A DNA stretch of 64,000 nt. It comes from Candidatus Latescibacterota bacterium (GTDB taxonomy: Bacteria > Latescibacterota > UBA2968 > UBA8231). Both the position numbers and the translations under genes were made by a program. Location of the stretch: assembly GCA_965203175.1 (NCBI GenBank), contig OZ241867.1, forward strand, positions 1,632,001-1,696,000, written 5' to 3'. This document shows positions 49,459-57,437 of this stretch, one piece after another; position 1 is the stretch's first letter; each line of letters opens with the position of its first letter. Under the pieces are notes generated by a model. That model had not been told where the DNA came from. It worked only from the letters and a program-made list of their open reading frames with translations, and ran no database searches.

Positions 49459-50226
49459 ATGGGCATCCTCGACCGCTTCTCCCTCCTCGACCGCAAAGCG
49501 CTGGTCACCGGCGGTGGCTCTGGCATTGGGCAGGCCCTCGCCGTCGCCCTCGCCGAAGCCGGTGCGGACGTGGCCATTGCCGACATCGACTCCACTGGCA
49601 CTGCTGACACCTGTGCTCGAATTGAAAACCTCGGCCGTCAGACCTTAGCCATCGACGCGGATGTCACCGCCAAGGACCAAGTCGAAAACATGGTCGATAC
49701 CGTCCTCGCCACTTGGGATCAGTTGGATGTCGGCGTCAATAGCGCTGGTATTGCCTTGCGCGGCCCCATCGAGGACATCAGCGAAGCTGACTGGGACCGA
49801 GTCCTCGACCTCGACCTCAAGGCCGTTTTCCTCTGCTGTCAGGCCGAGGGTCGCGCCATGCTGCAGCGAGGCTCCGGCTCGATCATCAACGTCGTCTCAA
49901 TCTCGTCCCACGTCGTCAACCGCCCCCAACTACACGGCCACTACAACGCGGCCAAGGCAGGTGCTTACCAGCTAACCAGAGTGTGCGCCGCAGAGTGGGC
50001 TGCGCGCGGCATCCGCGTCAATTCCATCAGCCCCGGCCACACGCTCACCCCCATGACCGCGCACGCCGAAGACGACATGAAAAACGCTTGGCTCGCCAAC
50101 ACGCCGATGGGGCGTCTAGGCGTCCCGGCCGACTATCAGGGAGCCGTCGTCTTCCTCGCTTCGGACGCCTCTTCTTACGCGACCGGCCACGATTTGATCA
50201 TCGATGGCGGGTACACGCTCTGGTAA
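49459..50226 (+). CDS. Short-chain dehydrogenase/reductase (polyol/sugar type)
   Basis: TGGGSGIG, NSAG, YNAAK, IRVNSISPG, DGG. Confidence 0.92.
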   Translation: MGILDRFSLLDRKALVTGGGSGIGQALAVALAEAGADVAIADIDSTGTADTCARIENLGRQTLAIDADVTAKDQVENMVDTVLATWDQLDVGVNSAGIALRGPIEDISEADWDRVLDLDLKAVFLCCQAEGRAMLQRGSGSIINVVSISSHVVNRPQLHGHYNAAKAGAYQLTRVCAAEWAARGIRVNSISPGHTLTPMTAHAEDDMKNAWLANTPMGRLGVPADYQGAVVFLASDASSYATGHDLIIDGGYTLW

Positions 50227-50227
50227 G

Positions 50228-50241
50228 CTAGTCGTAGTACT
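50228..50241. repeat. 14-bp copy of the ino1 3' end (left island boundary)
   Basis: CTAGTCGTAGTACT identical to 61522-61535; 1 bp after the SDR stop, where GC drops. Confidence 0.65.
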
Positions 50242-50602
50242 GTTTTTAAGGTATGGGGAGGGGATTTGAGGTTGGTTCCCTTGTAGTGAAGTACGGGATC
50301 TCGTACCGCCGAGACCGACAAGCTCAGGACTCTCCCGTCAAGGTTGAAGGCCAGCTCATAGTTGTCGCCGCCATCGCCTCGCATCACTCATCTATCCTTT
50401 TCAATTCGCCAAGCGAAGAGAAGGGGAGCGACCCCTCCACTAACATTATGGCTATGTACAACAAGGGAATCGACATGCGAATCCCTACGCAAGGTAGATG
50501 AGAAAAAAATGTATGATTTTTGCAAAAAAGTAAATAATTACCTGCTTTAATTTGTAACAATCAATAATTATAAAATGTAACTTTGCAAAATGGTGATTAT
50601 AT

Positions 50603-50651
50603 AAAAAGGGCTATATATGGCCCAAAATACAAAAAAGGTCATATATGGCCC
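50603..50651. promoter_or_regulatory. Tandem near-palindromic sites (consensus about GGCCATATATGGCC), 28-bp spacing
   Basis: AAAAAGGGCTATATATGGCCC (50603-50623) and AAAAAAGGTCATATATGGCCC (50631-50651) in AT-rich DNA upstream of the regulator. Confidence 0.6.
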
Positions 50652-50808
50652 TCAATAAAAGCAGTTTAAAATCCTCTAATATACTTGATTCACTCGAATG
50701 AAAAACGAGATTGTGCATTTACCCAATGTGTTATATTTTTCCGAATACACTCAATCAATACCTGCCCAAAGAGGGTAATCCTGATTGTAGGGAGTAGGGT
50801 ATTTTTTT

Positions 50809-53800
50809 ATGATCAAGGCACTTAGCCGCATGGGTACTTGGAAGACCTATTCCACACACGATGGCCTGCCATCGCTGCGCATTGAACACATCGCCGAGGA
50901 TAGCGAGGGTTATATTTGGTTCGCCACCTGGGACAACGGAGTCAGCCGCTTTGACGGGGATGCGTTCCAGAATTTCACGACCCAGGACGGTCTTATTGAC
51001 GACCAAGTCTTCTTTATTCAGCAAGATCGTCAGGAGCGGTTGTGGTTTGGCACCTCAAAGGGAGTCTGCTGGTATGACGGCGCAGATTTCCACCCTTTGG
51101 AGGACGACGGCATTGCCGGCCGTTGGGTGCAGTTCATCTACGAGGATCGTCAGGGCCGTATCTGGTTGGGTGGCGAGGGTACCTTGGGGTATTACGACGG
51201 CACGGCGTTCCACGACCTGACTCCGCTCTACCGCCAGCAGTACCAGCAGCCTTCTTCTTATAGGTGGATCTCCCTTTGTCGGGGCATTGCCCAAGACCCA
51301 CAAGGCCACCTGTGGTTTGGCTTTAAGCATCTCTTCCGCTACGATGGCTCATCCTTCCACCGCTATAAAAAGAAGGAGGGGTTTCCCCGAGCTGAGGCTA
51401 GTTATGCGGTGGGCCAGGACCCTACCGGCAAGGTGTGGATCGGTTGGATTGAGAAAGGCCGATTTCAGCTCTATGCTAATAGCACCTTACAGGCGGCTGT
51501 TGAGGTCGGTGAGAATCCTTGGTTGCGTTACACTATGTGCGACCGAGAAGGTCGGATGTGGTTTTGCACGTTGGGTGGCGTGTTCTACCAAGACGAGGAC
51601 GGGTTCAGCCGATTTACCGCGGCCGATGGCCTACCCCATTCCGCGGTCAAAGCCGCGTTCCACGATCGCGAGCATCAGTTTTGGTTCGCCACGTGGAACG
51701 GCGTTGGGCGGTACGATGCGCATAGTATCAACGTTTTCGGCCTTCGTGCGAACGAATCTAGAACCCCGAGCGAAATCTCGCAGATCGCGCAAGACCGGCA
51801 CGGTGATATATGGATTGGGTATGCATCCCCTTATCTCAACCGTGAGAGCAAAAATTTCAAAAGCATCGCCCGCTTCGATGGCGAACACTTTACCTTCGTA
51901 GTTCCTGAGGAAGGCTCTAATATCGGCAACTGTTTCTCCATCTACGAGGACCTCGAGGGACACCTGTGGTTTGGCGGTGGCAATGGTCTATTCCGCTACG
52001 AAGGACAGAAGCTAAAGAAAAAGAAAATAGCGGCTGATTCAGACGCAGGGGGTATCAGCAGCATCACTCAAGACCGGGAAGGACGATTCATTTTCGGCTA
52101 TTGGGAACACTATACCATAAGCACGAGAAGAGAGTTTTTGGCCAGCCCATTAAAGATTGTGTACCAACAGGACGAGCAGCGCCAAACCATTTTTGCCGAG
52201 GACGACAAAAAGACACCTCTTAACCGCATTGGCACGGTGCTTGCCACGCGCAACGGCGAAATCTATTTCCACTTGACCAGTAGAAATAGCCCCGCGAGCG
52301 GCACCGGTTTCGCCCGCTGGCATCCGGAAGAGGGCCTCACATGGTATGGGGTTGAGGATGGACTGATAGACAACCATGTAAACGACTTGCTAGTAGACCG
52401 CCAGGACAACCTATGGATCGCTACGCTGGGCGGTATCAGTTACTTTGACGGCAACTCCTTCCGCGACCTCACAACCGAAGATGGCCTGCCTAGCAACCGC
52501 ATCCACTGTTTGTTCGAGGATGCGCGAGGACACCTCTGGATCGGTACAGACAAGGGTGTCGCTCTCTACGATGGTCGGCTCTTCCAGACCATCCAGTCAC
52601 CCCATATCGGATCGATTTGCCGCATACTCGAAGATCGCGACAGCACCTTCTGGTTGGGCACGGTCGTAGGTTCCATCATACACTACCGACCAAAGCAAAC
52701 GCCGCCCTTGATTCGCCTTATCCGGGTTACCACCGATCAGGTCTATGAGAATGTAGAGGACGTCTGCTCCTCTACGGTGGGACAGCCGGTGGTTTTCGAG
52801 TACAAGGGTCTGAGTTTTTCCACTCATCCCCGCGACATGCTCTATGAGTACCGCTTGCAAGGATACGACGCCGACTGGTGTCCCGCGACCCGGGAGTTGC
52901 GGGCTTGTTATCAGAACCTGCCGCCGGGAGACTACACCTTTCAAGTCCGGGCGATAGATCGAGACTTCAATTACTCAGAAACGGCGCAAGTGCCGCTCGC
53001 GGTAAAACCGGGGGCCGCGTTCTATGGGGGCAACCAATGGATCGGACAAACTAAGGGCTTGCGCCAGTTTCAAACCAAACTCACGGAGATGGCTCCCACC
53101 GATCTAACCGTACTGATTCTAGGCGAAACAGGGGTGGGTAAGGGGTCGGCGGCGCGGGCATTACATGAACTGAGTGCCTATGGCAACGGCCCTTTTATAC
53201 ATGTCAACTGCGGAGCCTTATCCCAAGCCTTGATCGACAGTGAACTCTTTGGTCGCGAAAACGAGAGGGCTAATACTGCTATTAGCAAAGTAGGCAAGGT
53301 GGAACAAGCCAAAGACGGCACTCTCTTTTTGGATGAAATCGGCGAGATACCGTTGGAAACGCAGGACAAGATCTTGCGCTTATTGGCAGAGCGCACGTTT
53401 GAGCGGGTTGGTGGCGACCAGACACTAACCGCGCAGACGCGTATTGTAGCCGCGGCTAGCCGCGACTTGGAGAAGATGGTACAGGCCGGTGTTTTTCGCG
53501 CGGAGCTGTATTCGCGCCTCCAGCTTTTTGCGCTGTACGTCCCGCCCTTGCGCGAACACAGGGAGGACATCCCGGCCCTAGTCGAGTTTTTCAAGAACCG
53601 CATGGCAGCCTACCTGGACAAGGAACCTGTCTCCTTGAGTCCCGAGGTTATGGAGATGCTGCACGCCTATGATTGGCCGGGGAATGTGCGGGAACTGGAG
53701 CATTTCATGCAGCGGGTAGTAATAGCGTGCAACGGCTCTCAAATCGGCACGACCGAGCTCATGCAGTGCGGTTTTGACATTGCAGACTCCACTCTTGGCC

Positions 53801-53997
53801 TTAAAGGAAGGGCGTTATCCGTTTCTCAAGGCCGCGAAATAATGCCACTGCTTGAATTTGAACGCCGCTATATTCTCGAAGTACTCAACGCTGCTAACTG
53901 GCGGGTCAAGGGCCCAAAAGGGGCGGCCGCTCTGCTGGGAGTGCCGCCTTCTACGCTGTACGGCAAAATGAGAAAGTTGGGTATTAAAAGTTCCTAG
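50809..53997 (+). CDS. Beta-propeller (Reg_prop) + YYY + sigma54-activator-type AAA+ + HTH regulator lacking GAFTGA
   Basis: Repeated DGL..N.I..I.ED..G.LW; YEYRLQGYD.DW...Y.NLPPGDYTF.VRA; GETGVGK, LFLDEIGE, WPGNVREL; AAALLGVPPSTLY. Confidence 0.9.
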   Translation: MIKALSRMGTWKTYSTHDGLPSLRIEHIAEDSEGYIWFATWDNGVSRFDGDAFQNFTTQDGLIDDQVFFIQQDRQERLWFGTSKGVCWYDGADFHPLEDDGIAGRWVQFIYEDRQGRIWLGGEGTLGYYDGTAFHDLTPLYRQQYQQPSSYRWISLCRGIAQDPQGHLWFGFKHLFRYDGSSFHRYKKKEGFPRAEASYAVGQDPTGKVWIGWIEKGRFQLYANSTLQAAVEVGENPWLRYTMCDREGRMWFCTLGGVFYQDEDGFSRFTAADGLPHSAVKAAFHDREHQFWFATWNGVGRYDAHSINVFGLRANESRTPSEISQIAQDRHGDIWIGYASPYLNRESKNFKSIARFDGEHFTFVVPEEGSNIGNCFSIYEDLEGHLWFGGGNGLFRYEGQKLKKKKIAADSDAGGISSITQDREGRFIFGYWEHYTISTRREFLASPLKIVYQQDEQRQTIFAEDDKKTPLNRIGTVLATRNGEIYFHLTSRNSPASGTGFARWHPEEGLTWYGVEDGLIDNHVNDLLVDRQDNLWIATLGGISYFDGNSFRDLTTEDGLPSNRIHCLFEDARGHLWIGTDKGVALYDGRLFQTIQSPHIGSICRILEDRDSTFWLGTVVGSIIHYRPKQTPPLIRLIRVTTDQVYENVEDVCSSTVGQPVVFEYKGLSFSTHPRDMLYEYRLQGYDADWCPATRELRACYQNLPPGDYTFQVRAIDRDFNYSETAQVPLAVKPGAAFYGGNQWIGQTKGLRQFQTKLTEMAPTDLTVLILGETGVGKGSAARALHELSAYGNGPFIHVNCGALSQALIDSELFGRENERANTAISKVGKVEQAKDGTLFLDEIGEIPLETQDKILRLLAERTFERVGGDQTLTAQTRIVAAASRDLEKMVQAGVFRAELYSRLQLFALYVPPLREHREDIPALVEFFKNRMAAYLDKEPVSLSPEVMEMLHAYDWPGNVRELEHFMQRVVIACNGSQIGTTELMQCGFDIADSTLGLKGRALSVSQGREIMPLLEFERRYILEVLNAANWRVKGPKGAAALLGVPPSTLYGKMRKLGIKSS

Positions 53998-54063
53998 TCG
54001 TAGTGCTCTTGATCCAAGTGGGTGATTAGATCTTCACCCTGCAAGAAGCGCAGCATGTTCTTG
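53930..54063. repeat. 134-bp direct repeat, copy A (regulator HTH end + ino1 3' remnant)
   Basis: Matches 61458-61591 with 7 substitutions by manual alignment. Confidence 0.92.
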
Positions 54064-54132
54064 TTTCCTACTGCTTTACCACGGTCTGGTTAGCAACGCC
54101 CTTGTAGGGGGGACACGATGATCTCTACTGAG

Positions 54133-55386
54133 CTAGAAATTATACATCAGGCTCAGATCAACAAAGCTGTCGCGTCGGGTCTCGTAGTGGATATCCGCTT
54201 GGTCGATATTGAGAAGATAGATCGACTCTATATTCACGGACCACTGGTCAGCGATGCGCCGCTCCAACGCGACGGCCAGTGCGCGCGTAGCCCGGTCCAC
54301 ATCCCCCAGCATACTAGCGACAATTTCACTGCTCTGAACATCATTTAACGCAAGGCGCGCGGCGCAGAAGAAATCGTTTTCGAGCGTATTGGGCGAGCGG
54401 CTTGGAGTCGCATTGCGGCCGCGCCCATCGTAATTCCATTCGCCGAGCAGACTGAGATCGGCAACCGAGCCAAATACGGAATAGAACGTGTACTCTCCGC
54501 CAAAAACGGCAGCAACGTAATCCTCTTCCCTGCCGGACAGGTTGCGAGCGCCAGCGCGCTGAATGGCCTCCAGCTTGAACAACCAAGAGCCGACTGTTAG
54601 TTGAGCGTCCAGTCCAAACTGGCGGATCTGCGCGTAGTACTGACCTAAGGCCGGCGTGCCGCTACGGTCCAAGAGTAGCTTCAGAGCAGGCTCCCGACTG
54701 GTGCCATTAAATGCGCTCACACCCATATCGAGAAGTCCAAAACTGTGACTGTAGCGGGCGGTGAAATCCACGTGCCGCTCCTTGGCCTTGCTCTCGTACT
54801 CGACATGCTCGTCTTCTACCACGAGCGGCAGGCGCAGGCGGCCCGCTCGGCCCGGAAAGGTGCGGGCGCGGTGATAGGGCAGACCCAGTATTTCCATCAC
54901 ACCCCAATCACTGGACCAGGTGAGATAGACCATGGGTTGCCCTAGCTTGGCCTCTCCGGCCGGATGTTCGACGAAATCGACTTGGTTGACGATATCGACC
55001 AAGTGCTGCGATTCGGTGACGCCCCAGAACACCTGATCGATGCCCACGCGCAACTCCCATTCGCCGTCGCCGATTTCGCCGAATAGCAGCAAATAGGCTT
55101 CGCGCAGGTCGGCATGGGTGCGGCGTGAGTCGGTGTTGTCGTAGCGAAAGAACGGAGCGAGCGTGAAGCTTCTACCCTCGGCGTCTTCAAGGTAGAGTTG
55201 GGGCACTGCAACAAAGCCGCTCGCATGGGAGCGCTGGCCGGGATGAGCACCTGCTTCGGGAAACCATCGGCTTTCGGCGTTCAAGCGCCCGGAAAACTCG
55301 TGGTTAATCTCGGTTCCGGTCCGTGCATCGACGGCAAAGACCGAGGCCAAAATCCAGACAGCGCTGAGAGCCGCACGGAGTGGCAT
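54133..55386 (-). CDS. Predicted outer-membrane beta-barrel protein associated with MMPL/LolA-like genes
   Basis: Signal peptide, DLREAY, VFWGVTES.HLVD.VNQ.D, amphipathic strands, C-terminal YNF. Confidence 0.75.
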   Translation of the reverse strand: MPLRAALSAVWILASVFAVDARTGTEINHEFSGRLNAESRWFPEAGAHPGQRSHASGFVAVPQLYLEDAEGRSFTLAPFFRYDNTDSRRTHADLREAYLLLFGEIGDGEWELRVGIDQVFWGVTESQHLVDIVNQVDFVEHPAGEAKLGQPMVYLTWSSDWGVMEILGLPYHRARTFPGRAGRLRLPLVVEDEHVEYESKAKERHVDFTARYSHSFGLLDMGVSAFNGTSREPALKLLLDRSGTPALGQYYAQIRQFGLDAQLTVGSWLFKLEAIQRAGARNLSGREEDYVAAVFGGEYTFYSVFGSVADLSLLGEWNYDGRGRNATPSRSPNTLENDFFCAARLALNDVQSSEIVASMLGDVDRATRALAVALERRIADQWSVNIESIYLLNIDQADIHYETRRDSFVDLSLMYNF

Positions 55387-55424
55387 CAACGCGCCCGTTT
55401 CAGCCCGGTTCGCGTAAAATCGCG
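55382..55424. repeat. 43-bp direct repeat = duplicated 3' end of the LolA-like gene
   Basis: GGCATCAACG...GTAAAATCGCG identical to 56621-56663, including the TGATG stop/start overlap. Confidence 0.92.
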
Positions 55425-55523
55425 ATTATTTCTCCGGTCGCTTGAATGGATCGTAGCAACGAAGTCACTCATTCAAAACTCACTTCATCAGCGAATTCAA
55501 GTGTTCGGCTAAATCAAACTGAC

Positions 55524-55760
55524 TTAAACCAATATATATCTGATAATGCCGAGTTTATCAATGACAAACGTCGCCGGGCGGGCAATGCTGTTACTGAGAT
55601 TGTGATCCGCTAAGCCGATCCAATTGTATAACGGATAAGCCGAGTCATCCTTGTTGAACCACGCTGGGGGCGTTTCTAGTTCCGCGAAAAAATTGCACAA
55701 CAGCCTTGGCGCTTCCGCGCAGACCTTCGCGTTTTGTTTCATGCTGGCCATGATGAACCG
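55524..55760 (-). pseudogene. Fused remnants of an MpaB/DUF2236 paralogue and a peroxiredoxin-like gene
   Basis: FIMASM...FFAELETPPAWFN aligns ungapped (12/35) to the 59770-60945 protein; IARPATFVIDKLGIIRY resembles an AhpC/TSA C-terminus. Confidence 0.6.
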
Positions 55761-56103
55761 CTTTGTTCTCGAATGCGTTGATGGCCGCGGCCTGAGATTC
55801 ATAAACCGGGACTCGCTCATCAAAGCCGCTGAATTCGACAATATCGCCGACCTGCTCAGAGAGTGTGCAAATGGCAAACTGTTTGTCCCGTTTGTTGAGA
55901 TTTTGAGCAATATAAAGACCCGTTTGAAGACCTGCGATGCTAATGTAAGACACTTGCTCAAAGTCCAAGATCACGGCATGAGCTCCCGAGTCAATTCCAG
56001 ATTCTATCATATTCTGGAATTCATCGGTGTTTCTAGCGTCAATGCGACCAACGAGCGTCGCAATAGAGATGCCGTCTTTCTGCTCCCACGTAACTGCTAG
56101 CAT
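55645..56103 (-). CDS. STAS domain anti-sigma-factor antagonist with a read-through tail
   Basis: GRID, VILDFEQVSYISIAGL, SGFD; GGAGG RBS; domain ends near 55765. Confidence 0.8.
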   Translation of the reverse strand: MLAVTWEQKDGISIATLVGRIDARNTDEFQNMIESGIDSGAHAVILDFEQVSYISIAGLQTGLYIAQNLNKRDKQFAICTLSEQVGDIVEFSGFDERVPVYESQAAAINAFENKAVHHGQHETKREGLRGSAKAVVQFFRGTRNAPSVVQQG

Positions 56104-56193
56104 TTGAATCTACCTCCCTTTGGAAGTTGTAATGTAGCTTTGCGATGACCCATCCCACGCCTGTGCGCAATTCTCTTTTGGGTACACGAGAAA

Positions 56194-56209
56194 AGCACTA
56201 TTCATGCCA
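56194..56209 (-). promoter_or_regulatory. sigma54 (-24/-12) promoter
   Basis: TGGCATGAATAGTGCT = GG-N10-GC, about 90 bp upstream of the STAS start. Confidence 0.6.
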
Positions 56210-56624
56210 ACGCTTGTATAAAATAGATAATTGTCTAAAAATAAAGGATTTAGGAGATGTTGGGGAACCCGCAGAAGATTTTGGGCGATGTTGCAGAATG
56301 TGACCGCCAACCGCTCAGGCGACCCCTTTTCCCCTGTGGAGGAGAGTCTGCAACTGGTTGTTTATTGAGGGATTATAGGAAAAAGTCGAAAGAAAAGGCA
56401 GAGTATGTGTTGCAATCTACAACGTACGTCGCGTTCTGCAACGGAAGACGGTCGTGGAGAGTCTGTTGACGAAGTCGCTCGCAGAAGCAACCGGGAAATC
56501 GGGGATTCTATCGCAATCCTCAAAGGTCAGAGTACGATCACCCACGACCTCGTCGATCTCCTCCTCCAGCCGATGAATTGTCTCCGAAGTGTGCAACGCG
56601 ACCGCACATTGGCACGGAACGGCA

Positions 56625-57437
56625 TCAACGCGCCCGTTTCAGCCCGGTTCGCGTAAAATCGCGGTCGTCTAGGTCTGTTTGAAATTGAAAATCCGTCCAA
56701 GTCAGCACGGTGCTTTTCCCAGTCAGATGATTTTCCATCGCCATCTCGCCAGCGCGCCAGTAACGCTCCAGGTACTGCTGATAATTCTCCAGCGTAAGCG
56801 TCTTCAAATGGGCATCCTTGCGGTCGTAGTACTCCACTTTCCACACGCGCAGCTCGTCCTTGTCGCGCCAGACCACTTGGCGGCTATAGCCGGATTTCTT
56901 ATCGACGGGAATGCGTTCGGAGACCGTGCAGGTCAAATCGCCGCAAGGCTCGTCGCGCAGGTAGCGGTAGGTGAATTTCTCCACGGCCTCGGCGGTCAGG
57001 TCCTCATAGGCAAATTCGCTCCCCATGAAGGAGCCGGACCGATTCGACGAACTAATGCGCTTGACTCGCTTCAGAGCGGGTAGGTAGAGCCATTGATCGT
57101 CCGCGCTTTCCCGATGCGCGTGAATGAGCAACGCCGTTCCCTGGACATCGCGCGGCTCATCGAACACAAACAGGCTTTTGTCGCCATCGTCGGAGACTTC
57201 GAGGACCTTTACTCGGAGCTGGCGTCGGCTCTCTTGTCCGTGTTTGTTGCGCAGCACCATGGTTTGTTGGGCCGTAAAGTTGCTAAAACCCGCCTCGCGA
57301 GCGCGAGAGTCCTGGGCGATTTTCAGTCCGATTTCCTCGGGGGTGGCGCTTTCGGAATGAGCAGGTACCGCGCCAAGATAAGTCAAAGTGATCAGACAAA
57401 GCGCGAAAAACGGTAGCATGAGTCGCGTAAAAATCAT
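56625..57437 (-). CDS. Outer-membrane lipoprotein-sorting (LolA-like) protein
   Basis: Signal peptide; P.DV.GT.LL, DDQWLYLPALKRVKRIS, SFMGSEF.YED, YYDR....LK. Confidence 0.9.
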   Translation of the reverse strand: MIFTRLMLPFFALCLITLTYLGAVPAHSESATPEEIGLKIAQDSRAREAGFSNFTAQQTMVLRNKHGQESRRQLRVKVLEVSDDGDKSLFVFDEPRDVQGTALLIHAHRESADDQWLYLPALKRVKRISSSNRSGSFMGSEFAYEDLTAEAVEKFTYRYLRDEPCGDLTCTVSERIPVDKKSGYSRQVVWRDKDELRVWKVEYYDRKDAHLKTLTLENYQQYLERYWRAGEMAMENHLTGKSTVLTWTDFQFQTDLDDRDFTRTGLKRAR

